From Octopus bimaculoides (taxonomy: Eukaryota), in assembly GCF_001194135.2 (NCBI RefSeq), contig NC_068998.1, positions 23,487,755 to 23,551,754 on the forward strand: a stretch of 64,000 bases of DNA. The letters run 5' to 3'. A program made the translations under genes and the position numbers. Below the pieces are notes generated by a model. That model was given only the letters and a program-made list of their open reading frames with translations. It did no database searches and was not told the DNA's origin. The stretch's first letter is position 1. The number at the start of each line of letters is the position of its first letter. Below are positions 13,713-26,965 of the stretch, piece after piece.

Positions 13713-14390
13713 TACAGGATGTTCGGGCTAAATTTGAGTATTTTTGCATGCCTCCATTTTTTTTAGAAAGAATATGATGCACCGGTGAACAATGAATGGC
13801 ATTGAATAGCAGAAAGATTAAAGCTGTAGTCAGAAAAAGTTAGCTGCTATGGAGGACTCGATGTCATTTGAATGTTGTGAAAGAGTTACCAGAAACATGT
13901 TGATTTACCGATAGCATGACAACTGCTCAGTGCCCTGTGCACACTGTAAAGGCTGTAAGACGTTATATGGACAGTTGCAGCCGAGACTGCAAAGTCATGA
14001 CAAGTGTGAAGTGACACAGCAGTCGTAGGGGCGCAGGAGAATTAATCCCACACCCGTGAACAGGGACCTAGGTGTAATTCAGACAGATGAATGAAACTGC
14101 TGGATAATCTTTAGAAGGGCGCTGCTCGATGACTATGTGTGAGTGCAGAATTCGGCTCCTTTGCCATAATTCAAACAAGCATTAGAAGTAGCAGTGGAAG
14201 AATTTCTACAATATCATAAAACCCAGGTCCTGGCCTCACAATTTCACTGACTGTAATCCCATACATTACTATATATCTGGGGAACGGTTGAAAAATACAC
14301 CAACCGCTCTGCCTATAACACGAAGCTCAAGCTGGTGGCCAAGATCATGGAGTTCGAAAATCGTCCCAGGCACCCTGTGAAGAGCCCGTA
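13713..14390 (+). mobile_element. Tc1/mariner superfamily (maT-like) element, internally deleted
   Basis: TA-CAGGATGTTCGGGC terminus; remnants QNSAPCH and SWPHNFTDCNPIHYYI resembling QDSAPxH and WPPNSPDxNPLDY. Confidence 0.65.
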
Positions 14391-14394
14391 ATGG

Positions 14395-14613
14395 ACGAGG
14401 TGCTGCTGGAAAGTTCCTGGCTTTAGCTAAAAGAAAATACAGGAAGATCAGTGAACTATAATTTTATTCAATATATTCCCCACCCAACTTGATGCACTTA
14501 CTGCAGCGGTCCTTCAATTTCTCTAGGTCCTGCAAGAGAATTTGAAATGTTTTCAGTCCAACCAGGCCTTCCACGATGCCCATAAAGCCGGGAACTGTTC
14601 AGCACACTCTTGT
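14395..14613 (-). mobile_element. Mariner-derived MITE (about 220 bp)
   Basis: Imperfect TIRs acgaggtgctgctggaaagttcctggcttt and aaagccgggaactgttcagcacactcttgt; interior resembles a mariner transposase 3' end. Confidence 0.75.
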
Positions 14614-14655
14614 GCACATAGTCAAGATTCTGCCAAATCATACAGCGATGGAGTA

Positions 14656-14708
14656 ATTACTACTGATGAGTATGTAATTTTTAAACGAAAATAGTCTAGT
14701 ATAGTGAT
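14656..14708 (+). ncRNA. Candidate type I hammerhead ribozyme (probably decayed)
   Basis: AUUACUA-CUGAUGA-GU..AC-GAAA-auagucuaG-UA-UAGUGAU: 7-bp stem I, canonical core, GUA triplet; stems II and III each carry a mismatch. Confidence 0.45.
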
Positions 14709-14892
14709 CCCACATGCAGTGTGACGTTTATCTCCCCTGTCAGTATATGAAAATGCGCTTCCTTGCGGCTCTAAGGGTTCTTTAAATTTCATTTATTGCA
14801 ATGTACATGCTACCCTGCACCCTAAGTCACAATTAGTACAATTGTATTTTTCCTGCTTGGTTTCATTTTGCGTATAGCCGCCTTCGTTATTT

Positions 14893-14939
<47 letters not shown>

Positions 14940-14944
14940 TATAT

Positions 14945-15158
14945 AGTTTTCTACTCTATGCACAAGGCCCGAAATTTTGGGGTAGAGGAACAGTCGATTT
15001 GATCGACCCTGTACGCAGTTGGTAATTAATTTATCAACCCCGAAAGGTTGAAAGGAAAAGTCGACCTCGGCAGAATTTGAACTCAGAATGTAAAGACAGA
15101 CGAAATACCGTTAAGCATTCCGCCCGGCGCGCTAAAGTTTCAGCCAGCTCACCGCCTT
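14945..15158 (-). mobile_element. tRNA-derived SINE family 1, well preserved
   Basis: Reverse complement reads ggcggtgagctggctgaaactttagc...gagttcaaattctgccgaggtcgact (A/B-box-like head) followed by the family core. Confidence 0.9.
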
Positions 15159-15169
15159 TACACACACAC

Positions 15170-15229
<60 letters not shown>

Positions 15230-15600
15230 GGCGTAGGCGTGGTTGTGTCGTAAGAAGGCTGACTCCAAGTTGTATGGGTCCGGGTTCAGTCGCATTGAGT
15301 GTCACATTGGGAAAAGGTCTTCAATTATAGCAACATGTCAACCAAAGATTTGTCAGTGGATTTGTCAGATGGAAACTGAAAGAAGTAAGTTACGTGGGGA
15401 GGACAGCGAAAGTGTGCGAGTTTGTATTTGTGTTTGTCCTACGCCATCAATTTACAAGCGGAGTTTGTATGTTTACGTACCCCTGAGTTACTGGTTCGGT
15501 AATAGACGCCGCAAGAATAAATGCCAGGCCTAACGAAAACATAACTACAGTCGATAGCCGCAGCCAGATGCCGGAAACGAGTAAAAGAAAAGAATATACT
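15230..15600 (+). mobile_element. tRNA-derived SINE family 2
   Basis: ggcgtaggcgtggttgtgtcgtaagaag...ccgggttcagtc head; gtggattt..gatggaaactgaaagaag body; 3' module ending gaaacgagtaaaagaaaagaata. Confidence 0.8.
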
Positions 15601-15652
15601 TATATACATGCGTGTGCTTATCTGTGTGTATGTGTGTCTCTGTGTGTTTACG

Positions 15653-15696
<44 letters not shown>

Positions 15697-15839
15697 GTAG
15701 TATATTGCCACTTAAGTGTGGCTGACCCCTAGGGGTGGATGTTACTGTTGCTTTTAGCCCCAGGAGGACATCTCCTCCAGCTGGCTTATCGACACACGAC
15801 TGTGTCCTGTTTGCCAAGGGAAGTTATCCCTCTCACCAC

Positions 15840-16776
15840 NNNNNNNNNNNNNNNNNNNNNNNNNNNNNNNNNNNNNNNNNNNNNNNNNNNNNNNNNNNNN
15901 NNNNNNNNNNNNNNNNNNNNNNNNNNNNNNNNNNNNNNNNNNNNNNNNNNNNNNNNNNNNNNNNNNNNNNNNNNNNNNNNNNNNNNNNNNNNNNNNNNNN
16001 NNNNNNNNNNNNNNNNNNNNNNNNNNNNNNNNNNNNNNNNNNNNNNNNNNNNNNNNNNNNNNNNNNNNNNNNNNNNNNNNNNNNNNNNNNNNNNNNNNNN
16101 NNNNNNNNNNNNNNNNNNNNNNNNNNNNNNNNNNNNNNNNNNNNNNNNNNNNNNNNNNNNNNNNNNNNNNNNNNNNNNNNNNNNNNNNNNNNNNNNNNNN
16201 NNNNNNNNNNNNNNNNNNNNNNNNNNNNNNNNNNNNNNNNNNNNNNNNNNNNNNNNNNNNNNNNNNNNNNNNNNNNNNNNNNNNNNNNNNNNNNNNNNNN
16301 NNNNNNNNNNNNNNNNNNNNNNNNNNNNNNNNNNNNNNNNNNNNNNNNNNNNNNNNNNNNNNNNNNNNNNNNNNNNNNNNNNNNNNNNNNNNNNNNNNNN
16401 NNNNNNNNNNNNNNNNNNNNNNNNNNNNNNNNNNNNNNNNNNNNNNNNNNNNNNNNNNNNNNNNNNNNNNNNNNNNNNNNNNNNNNNNNNNNNNNNNNNN
16501 NNNNNNNNNNNNNNNNNNNNNNNNNNNNNNNNNNNNNNNNNNNNNNNNNNNNNNNNNNNNNNNNNNNNNNNNNNNNNNNNNNNNNNNNNNNNNNNNNNNN
16601 NNNNNNNNNNNNNNNNNNNNNNNNNNNNNNNNNNNNNNNNNNNNNNNNNNNNNNNNNNNNNNNNNNNNNNNNNNNNNNNNNNNNNNNNNNNNNNNNNNNN
16701 NNNNNNNNNNNNNNNNNNNNNNNNNNNNNNNNNNNNNNNNNNNNNNNNNNNNNNNNNNNNNNNNNNNNNNNNNNNN
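15840..16776. other. Assembly gap (largest of 11)
   Basis: Other N-runs: 17663-17915, 20838-20981, 29182-29772, 34465-34890, 36197-36237, 42231-42329, 43596-43786, 52183-52303, 54977-55278, 58283-58627; most abut microsatellites. Confidence 1.
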
Positions 16777-16794
16777 CTCATCAGAGAAGGTTAC

Positions 16795-16834
<40 letters not shown>

Positions 16835-17616
16835 AATGTTTTCCTATGTGAGTGAAAGTTAATCAGCAATTTAATACAGCTTTTCGGAAAATTCAATTTC
16901 AGCTACTTGTGTTTTGAATTCCTCCCTTGAGTAGAATCTGTATTCGTTGCGTACGCTTTATGATACAACACTTCGTTCTATTTAGAAACCGACTTTATCT
17001 TGTAGCTTTATACATTCTTGTCTTTTTTTTTTTATTTTTGAGTAGAAAACCAAAAGAATTCACAAAAATAATACAACATAAGATATTAATTTTTAGTTTT
17101 CAAAATAAACAGTATTCCAACATCAAATGCGATGATGATTTTCATTAAAATTTTACTTACGTGGCATATCTTAGACAAAATTATGTTTTGCAGAATAATG
17201 TTACTTTTTTCCTACTAATTAATGGTCTTTGAAGTTAAATTAGAATATGTTTGCTGGTCAAACGGAATCAATTAGTGAATTATTTATCTTCGATTGAAAT
17301 ATCGTATTGACGTTCGAATTTACGATTGTAGGTAATCAATATTAACTTACAATCGTCATACATACAAATATGCATTCATATATACGAACACACACACGCG
17401 GCTGCGTATCATTGCATGAATGTATGTATGCTTGCATGAGCACACTTCCTTTTTATAATGTGTATTTATATTTTAGGTTGAAATAAAACACCGTGTTATA
17501 GAGGTAAGGAAGTTAGTAAAGTGTACAGAATACCTTTTCTGGTTATTTACATTCATATGTGTATGTGTGCAATGATAATTAAATATATGTGTATACATAC
17601 ATACATAGATACATAC

Positions 17617-17661
<45 letters not shown>

Positions 17662-18069
17662 TNNNNNNNNNNNNNNNNNNNNNNNNNNNNNNNNNNNNNN
17701 NNNNNNNNNNNNNNNNNNNNNNNNNNNNNNNNNNNNNNNNNNNNNNNNNNNNNNNNNNNNNNNNNNNNNNNNNNNNNNNNNNNNNNNNNNNNNNNNNNNN
17801 NNNNNNNNNNNNNNNNNNNNNNNNNNNNNNNNNNNNNNNNNNNNNNNNNNNNNNNNNNNNNNNNNNNNNNNNNNNNNNNNNNNNNNNNNNNNNNNNNNNN
17901 NNNNNNNNNNNNNNNTATGAAACACGTGTAATCTTTTTATTATATGTATCTTATGATATTTACTTTACTTTATATTATACTCATTTATTGTGCTTTTAAT
18001 TATTAATTTTTCTATATGTGATAGTGGATTTTCATCGATGAGTTCTTGATAATTGGTTATTTTCCCTAA

Positions 18070-18107
<38 letters not shown>

Positions 18108-18111
<4 letters not shown>

Positions 18112-18190
18112 GGGAGAATTTACGAAAAAAACAACAACCGATGAGGACAGGTAGTGTAAACAACAAAAGGATGTATTAGGTTAACGCTCG
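18108..18190 (-). mobile_element. Fragment of the repeat family at 51870-52020 (PLE-terminal type)
   Basis: ggagaatttacgaa..gacaggtagtgtaaacaacaaaaggatgtattag..aacgctcg aligns with 51872-51945. Confidence 0.65.
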
Positions 18191-18192
18191 AA

Positions 18193-18772
18193 ATATAATT
18201 ATAATAAGAGCTACCAGACATGACCGGCGTCTATGCTCGAAGTAGACATCAAATACCTACAGTCTACTCCCCTAAAATCAACCACAGGTACGAACGCGAG
18301 GGAAAGAGCAAAAATACATAAAAGATAATGGATAATTCTTTACTTCGAGTTTTCACGCTCTGCCAAAAATTGCTCAACAATCTTCAGTAGAAATATACAA
18401 TTAATATATAAACGAGAAATATACGAACGCATCGGTAGATTCACCTGCAGATACCAGTGTACCACACATTGTCCGCGTATACATCTCATTTTCCAGCCCA
18501 TCTCGACAATGCAGTTGATGTCAGAATACATAGGGTAGATGCAGTCCTGTACTATAATATTCTGACTAGAGAACTCCAAAATTATTTATATACTTATAAG
18601 ATAAGGATATAATCATGAAATAAAATTGATTATGTCATTGGACTACATATAAATATGACCGTATAGGAAAGATTAATTATTTTACGTATATGATTATAAA
18701 ATTATAATTATAATAAGGGCTACCGGACATGACCGGCGTCTATACTAGAGTAGATGTCAAATACCTACAAAC
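18193..18772. repeat. Direct repeat pair of about 65 bp (18193-18260 and 18701-18770)
   Basis: taattataataag(a/g)gctacc(a/g)gacatgaccggcgtcta..agtaga..tcaaatacctaca in both copies. Confidence 0.85.
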
Positions 18773-19234
18773 CACTGTAACGAGGCAAGAAAGTGTAAAC
18801 AAGAACAGGACAGTGAGTACAATACAGTAAAAAGACAGTAAAAACAAGACAGAACAATGAAAACAAATGCTAAGGGCTGTTAGGCCAAGACGATAGTAAA
18901 ATTATTATTTTGAACGCTAGTTAGAGAGTGGATGAGAGACAAAAAAAATTCACGTCTTCTCTATAGGAAGTCAGGAAATAAAGAAAGAAACCCTTTCGTC
19001 ACATGTCAGCGACGAGAGGGTCAAAGAGGTGCAGTGAGACAGCGGGAACGTTGAAGGTAAGAGAAGAATAGGGGAAAGTTGGGAGAGAAAAGCAGAAAGG
19101 ATGAAGAAAAAGTGAGGGAGAGAGATAGACAGGGAAGTGATAGTAATAGTAGTAGAGTGCACAGTAGTGATTATTAAGATAAGACTTACTTGGAGACAGT
19201 GCGTGGCGTTCGATCAAACAATAACATAATATAC

Positions 19235-19274
<40 letters not shown>

Positions 19275-19277
<3 letters not shown>

Positions 19278-19432
19278 ACAGGCTCTTCTCTGTTTCCGTC
19301 TACCGAATCTACTCATAAGGCTTTGGTCGACCCGAGGATATAGTAGAAGACACTTGTCAGAGGTGCCACTCAGTAGTACTTAACCCCGACACATCTGATT
19401 GAGAAGCAAGCATCTTACTACACACCCACGCA
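19275..19432 (-). mobile_element. SINE family 2, 5' module
   Basis: tttccgtctaccgaatctactcataaggctttggtcgacccgagg..tagtagaagacacttg. Confidence 0.85.
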
Positions 19433-20985
19433 AGCATCTATTCCACGGCTTCGCCTAAAGTGAAATTGCGCCTAAGGAAAATACATCTAATTTTAACTCT
19501 GTAGTGTGTATGGTATATATCAGCGCCATTGTGTTTTACGTGTGACCAAGTATACACCTCTTCTCAGAAATTTATATGTATGTGTAAACAGCTTACAATG
19601 AGAAATTGTGAATTGCGACAAGGAAGTCGGAACTGAGTATGTCAGGTTAAGTAAGTGAAGTATATTCATTTTCATTGCATATTTTCAGAATATGAACGTA
19701 TGCATAATTATGTTATCAGTTCAGATATGTAGTGCCTTAAACACACAGACTTTGTATATGACAATTTTAAGTTTATAACTTAATTATTGGTGACACTGAA
19801 AATTTATAAGTGCCATTCATAGCATGAATAAAGTAGTTCATTGCACGATAATGCAATATATTCTAAATAGCTAATCTGAAAATATTTTTTTCTATAATCA
19901 TTTAAAATGGTTAAACTAAAATATACCTGGTTGTGTAAAATTCATTCCATAAGGTAATATACCTACACAAATATATGTACAAATACTTACTATCTAACAA
20001 AATACATATGTTCGTTCGTTCTTCTGCCTATTTTAAGACGCTGACAATATTCATAGATTCAAAGCTTTTTAGAGGTATATAAAAATGTTTAGCATGTATA
20101 ACGCAGGCACAACTCACTGTTGTATTTTGTAAATAGGTGCTAATGCAAAGGTTGCACAAGATTTTCTGATCTTTTATCTGCTCCTGTGTTATTCTATCTC
20201 TGTTCAGACATGATGAACTGTTATTTAGAATCTCACTTAAATGAACAACAGAAGCAGAAAACTTTTGGAACAAAACGATGGTTTATAAATGTTTATAACA
20301 TTTGCAGTGATAATTAGATGGAATAACGTTTACAGTGTCAGGCAAGACACTATGCAGTATTTATTCTTCACTTTTACTTCCTTGCAACAATGCATGGAAC
20401 GACATTGATTGCAAGTTGTAATTCAACAATTCAGTAGGTTTTTACTTGGATATGAACTGTTGAGATCTGAGGGAGATTTGCAAACATCGGCAAAATGAAT
20501 TTTGCAAGACCAATACATGTAATATCAATGTATGGCACAATTTCTTGGATACATATACACCTTATCTCGCTCTATATATATCGATCGATCTATCTCTACA
20601 CCTATCCATCTTTCTCCTCTTCTGTCTGTTTATACATATATGTTTCCCATAAAAAAGATATATATTTAATATACGAAGATGCATGCATATACATACACAC
20701 ATACATGTGTGTGTATATGTGTGTGTAAATATATATATACATTTTTATATACATATATGCATACATTTATATCTATATATCTCTCCCTCTCTCTCTCTCT
20801 ATATATATATATACACACATTCTTATATACATATAAANNNNNNNNNNNNNNNNNNNNNNNNNNNNNNNNNNNNNNNNNNNNNNNNNNNNNNNNNNNNNNN
20901 NNNNNNNNNNNNNNNNNNNNNNNNNNNNNNNNNNNNNNNNNNNNNNNNNNNNNNNNNNNNNNNNNNNNNNNNNNNNNNNNNNTAG

Positions 20986-21016
<31 letters not shown>

Positions 21017-21244
21017 TATACATATGTACATATGTGTGCGTTTGTGTGTATACTTGTAAGCTCTGCAAATCATTATATGAATTAATCTTCATATTTAAAT
21101 TCCCTTGTTTTGTTTATTTTTTTTCAATTAATTGCAAAAGTATGAGAATATGTTATCAGCGGGATATAATTTCCGATCAGCATGAATAAGCTTAAAATTG
21201 AGGAAAAAAATTTCAAAACACAACATAATTATTAATATTAAAGC

Positions 21245-21333
21245 TGATGGCGGTGATGATGATGAGTATGACAATGACGATGATGATAATGATGATGATG
21301 ATAATCTTGATGATGATGATGATGATGACGATG

Positions 21334-21405
<72 letters not shown>
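21245..21405. repeat. Compound (GAT)n(TAC)n microsatellite
   Basis: Directly visible. Confidence 0.95.
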
Positions 21406-22794
21406 GAGGGAACACCGATGATAGTAATGGTTATAATCATGATATCGTTAATGATAATCATTTTGAACAACAAAATGCTAAGTTTAAGAATGAGTTTAAA
21501 TAATAATTTTTCTTAGATTCTTTCATGTAAACATAGAGGAAATTAATTTGATTCTATTGAAAATATAATTTTGTTCAGATATACTCTATACCCAAATATT
21601 TTCCTCAACTTACAATCTATGCTGAATTTTTCTTCATCTCTCCCTATGATTGTATTTATGTGTATGTATGTATATCCGTGCGTGTATATGTGTGTATGAA
21701 TGTGTGTAAAGCTGCGTATTTGGTGTATGAGTTTGTATTGTGTACATATTTGTTTGTATATACCATAGAATATGTATTTTCTATCGCTATTTTTCTTTCT
21801 GAATTGTCATTTACTATGAAGTACAGTTTCCAACTCGCTGTGCAAAGCCGTTTTCGAAGTCATTCATGGCACACAATTCATGTCTCTTTAGAATGATAGC
21901 ATACTACGATTATTTTGCGCATTTATGTATATTTTAAAAATCTACACAATATTTCTGAATCATACAGGAGCTACGAAGTGTAGTGTAAGATGGTCCATGC
22001 TAGAAGCAGGTCAATCTTCGAGAAGGCCGTGCAATTTCATAGCGGCTTCCTTGTTTCCTCGTCTCATTATACGCTTCTCGTATTGGTGTGGTATCACTGT
22101 AATTGCATCCAACTGATTGAAAAAGTATTTCTAGTTAAACATGTAACTCCACACCTGCCAATTTTACATTGCGGGATGTCTATCTATGCATGTATGGTGA
22201 ACTTCACTGAAAATGTCGCCTCTGCCATCACTCTCATAATTATTATCCAGAAATTATCATCGGTAAAATTATCAGCATTATCATAGCTATCAACATTGCC
22301 ATCATCGACATAAACATATTGATTAAAAAAGCCTATTCCATAGCAATCAACCGCATTTATGATTATTGCTATCATTATCATCAACGCTATCATTTCGATC
22401 AACGTCAACATTATTATCTTTAAAACTGTCTTCGTATTCATGATCGATAGAAATATTATCATAATTACAGAGACGTGACAACAGCAACGATCATGATAAT
22501 GTTGATGTAACAGGTGCTGATGATAGTGGTGGTGGTGGTGGTGGTTGTTGTTGTTGTTGTAACACTCTCTAGCGAAAACATCATCGCAATTATTATGAGA
22601 GACTACATTCACCTTACCCTCTTTTCTTTCATATTTAACATGTCCGATATACGTATTATAGAGGATAAAGAGACTTATCCATCGCAATGAAAGCCAGCGC
22701 GGCCGTTATTTTATGGACTAGTCGTCTTTTCTATAAGATCCAAATGACGCGGTTTTCATTTTGTCTGTTTTTTTTGTTTTTTGTTCAGCAATGT

Positions 22795-22952
22795 CAAAAG
22801 CTTGCTTTCCACCCATATGTTTCCGGGTTCATGTACACACCGTGCCACCTTCGGCTAATGTATTCTACGACGACAGTCGTGGGCGGACTAAAACATTTTG
22901 AGTGGATTTAGTACAAGGAAACTGAGAGTTGCCCGAAATATATATATATATA

Positions 22953-22983
<31 letters not shown>

Positions 22984-23077
22984 GTGTGTGTGCGTGTGCG
23001 TGTGCGTGTGTGTGCCTGCGTATGCGCGTCTGTATGTTTGTGTGTGTGTGTGTCTTTGTGTGTACGTATGTATGTAT

Positions 23078-23114
<37 letters not shown>

Positions 23115-23335
23115 CTGTGCATGCGATTGTCTCTGATTACCACTTGACATCCGGCATTGGTTTGCTCATGTTAACCTAACTTAGCCGTTGGGCAAAAGAC
23201 AGTAACCAGGCGAAGAAACTTAAGTGCTGGGATTGGTTTCCTGGACAAAGGTCTTGAGGGCAATGATCCACCATGGTCGCAGTCTAATGCCTGCAACGTA
23301 TAAACGATAACATAAAAAAATGCATCTCTCTTCAT
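22795..23335 (+). mobile_element. SINE family 2 with expanded internal TA/TG microsatellite
   Basis: 5' module 22795-22936, microsatellite about 22937-23115, degenerate 3' module to about 23335. Confidence 0.7.
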
Positions 23336-26300
23336 TTTCAAACATCATATTCCATATTCCTCTATGCTGTTTACATGATTTTCTACTTCCACCATCCGTC
23401 ATAGAATAGTGGTTTGCAATCATAATTGCTACAGCGAAATAATATGGAGGCCTATATTAAATTAAACCAGTGAATCCAATACTGTGGTGTAACCCATTAT
23501 AGCACCTATTTTAGTGAAGAAAATATTTGGGTCGAGAGTTCCGGATATGGAAATGGGTTTCATAAAAAAAATTAAAAAATTAAATATCTACTCAAAAACC
23601 GCAATTTCATGAAATAATAGAAAGAGATGTTCAACTTGCAATTGTGTTAGAACTCAGATACTGACTCTGTTAGAAACAATAGCTGAATTTCACGAAATCC
23701 CCAATATTTCTAAAGAAGCAGACACGTTAAAGAGTGTCCTCCTAGTTGTAATGCAAGTGGACGAAAAATATACAGAGTGGTTACTGATAGACCATATTGA
23801 ATCCATTCATCCTAGATTTATTATACTAGATTTTACTAAATTTATTCGGAAACTCAGAAAGTAGAAAAATAAATTAATGTAATACAAAAACTATGAAATC
23901 GCGTTCATATATAAGTCATTGTTCCTCAATATAATAGTACTTTATAATTGTACGAATTTGATAGTAGGATGAAAAGAATAACAGTTTAACACTAGAGTTG
24001 ACAAGCCGGGTACATCTACATCCCACATAATACCAAACACATATCCTGCTATACAAAAGGTCTAGTGTACATAGTGGAAGAAAGGTATAAATGAAACTAT
24101 ACACATATATTTCACACGTAGTCATCGGGTAACTTCCTGAGTAATACTTTTAATAATTGCCAGAGCAATATTATGTACATGCCACGCAGCATCATCCAAA
24201 TGGAGATATAAATAAGGTTGTTGACTTTTAAGATGTTTACTTATTATTCATAGCTCGCATTTCAATATTTAACATATAGCCATAATTTTGTTCGAATGAC
24301 GACGAGATTATTGCATTTGATAGTTGTAGAATGTTGAGCATCAGGATATGCTTCTCAAATAGACTATATCTTATTTAAACGTGATATCTTCATATATGTA
24401 ACTGTGAGGTAGCATCGATAAGAAACGAAATTTCGAAAAAAATATTGTTTAAATTTATGAGATATAGTTCCAAATATGTAACTACGAATCTGATGTCTCT
24501 ATTTCAAGGAAGTTCAATATTTTATCGTTTTCTACCTGTCCTTTAATAAGTTAGTCGGACCTCAGTCACCTAAAGTAATGGAATAAAAAATTCCAGACAA
24601 AATTAAGCATAATGTACCAGGTGGACTGAATACATATTTATTGTTTTCAATGGCCACAAAAAAGAAGAATCTTGAAATTTTAACAACATTATCTGACTCA
24701 ATTTCTAAATTGAAAACAAATATGATATTCTGAGGGAGAACAGAGATTGCAAGAATTGAAACAAGCTTAAATAAGGACACTGTTTTCTATATATCAGAAA
24801 TATAATCAAGATTGGAAATTCCCAACGCCATCGACCAGAATGTGGAAACAATACATGGATATTATACGCCAAGAAAATATTAAACAAATACTATATAGAC
24901 AAAAAGTATATAACGAAACGCATCTACACGACGTGCTGAAGATTATATAAGTAGGTAATGTCACCATTTAATTTTCATATAAATGTAACATACAAGGAAA
25001 AGCAGAAAACAATGGATTACATGTAGTATTTGTGAAGTGAGAGTAAGAGATACGGGGAAAACTACTAACTACATAAACAATAAACATTGCATTAGTATAA
25101 GTATTTCCTTGTTTGTTACATGTATCTTAAATATTGATATTTTGTACATTGTGCAGAACTATGTCTTCGAAAGAAAGTTCTGCATTTCTGTTGACAATTG
25201 TGAATAATGAACTACGAGTGTCTGAAATATATTAATGAGGAGAATGATAAGCAGGAATGGTGCAAATGGATTCTACATGGAATCTAGCACGAAATGTGTT
25301 GTCGAAGAGAAATAATGGGAAAAAAAACGACTTAACACTGAGTTATTCCAAGAATTGTCATTAAAAGCATTGGTTCAGCTTTTTAAAATCATTCCATTGA
25401 AACTTACCCAAAATGAAATTCCAAAAACACTGGCAAACAACTAGCGTTTAGAAATAGCACGTAATCAAGAGCATATTGCGAAATATAATTTTTGGTGAAA
25501 AATATCTGCTTATTTTATTTTGCTCATAACAAATATTCATTTCTATGTTTTCTTTCTTGTTTACTTTTATTTTATAAGGAAAGACATGTTTAGGGGCAGC
25601 AATTTAGTTTCATTTTATTTTTAACCCGTCAAGTATTTTGTATGCTATAATTTAAAAAAAAACTATGTTTCTTTTCTGCAAACATAAGACTGTTTCTGTA
25701 AACAAAGACGTTAAACCACTAGGATAAGAAATTAAGAGTTAATGAAAATTAACTATTTTAAAAATACCATTTGGAATAAATACAAATATTTTATAACGCA
25801 CGCAGTTTAACAGCAGCTCTTCCACATGGATGCACACATACACAGCACCCTATTGCATAAATGAACGTATTACAAGAAGAATTTTCAGTCCGAGCATGTT
25901 GTAGTTCAACAACTGAATTAAGAAATTTCCTGAGATGTGCTCTCATTTAAATTGTATAATACCGCAGACTACTTCCATATTCATTAGTTTAATTGAAACG
26001 ACAGTATTAAATACAAGGGTAGCTATCTTTGTTTCTTTACGAAATACTATATCAAAGCCTTTTAAAAGCATGTGTTTTCTAAATCTTCAATAAATGCAGG
26101 TTAGCTTTGTTATCAAGAACTACAATTATAAGCATTTTCATGATAATACTGCCGGACTTGCGTCTTCGATGCTTTTTGTTAGAGATGAATAGTGTAATTC
26201 AATGGTGATTTGGTTGTTCAATTAACAGGATGAACGACCTTGAAGAAGATTCCTCTTTGGGTTTCTTCAATTATAATTGTTATTAGATGATAAAACACAT

Positions 26301-26965
26301 TATCAAGCAATCCATGGGAACTTTTAAACTCAGTACTACAATTATTGAAATAATCTTATGAATTTTATGAATCTTATCAGTTTTTTTTATCTTTCCCTGT
26401 AATGCGTTTATATTTTGCATAAATTTATCAGAAAATTAAAAAAGACATAGTGAAGATGTAAGTGGATTTTGCAATATTAACCATATTGGTGCAGCTGTTC
26501 AGTTTCTTCCTTTATAGGATGTCATAGGCAAAAGTTCCAAAGTGTTGCATTTGGATGAAAACTGCTTTGTCTAGGAAACACTAGTAAATATATTATGAAA
26601 GATAAAAGATAGAGGGTACTTGGATCGGCTTTGTTAGGAGATATGAACTTAATTAATAATTCAGAAGAGAGAATGATATTATTTTAATGATATAAGAGTT
26701 TTATATCTTACAAATTTGAAATTGCATGTGAGTGTGCTGAAGTTCACAATCGATAACATGGTATTTTATGTAGCAAAGCATATATGAGTCAAGAAGGATA
26801 TCTATCTGGTATGTGTATATAATGGATAGGGTGAAGTCAGTAACTGACATTGAGCACAATAAATAACAAGGGATATGGATCTCAGAGAACTATTTAATCT
26901 CATTCTAAGAAAATCGTTTCGAATATTTTTTTGTTTTATATGATTATTGTGACTTGTCTTTTATC

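Noticed and set aside
15735-16896. Long ORFs (up to 380 aa) in the ORF track here and at the other gaps
   Set aside because: They are runs of X across assembly N-gaps plus microsatellite translation.
20117-20320. Exon-like frames on both strands (DMMNCYLESHLNEQ.. plus; SSSCLNRDRITQEQ.. minus)
   Set aside because: Mutually competing, no homology, no phase-consistent partner exon.
21198-22690. Poly-D/Y/T/I and His/Asn-rich ORFs
   Set aside because: Translations of pure and cryptic trinucleotide repeats; no coding context.
26432-26573. Two small exons (KLKRHSED, DVIGKSSKVLHLDENCFV*) around a 60-nt GT-AG intron
   Set aside because: Very short intron and no recognisable protein.
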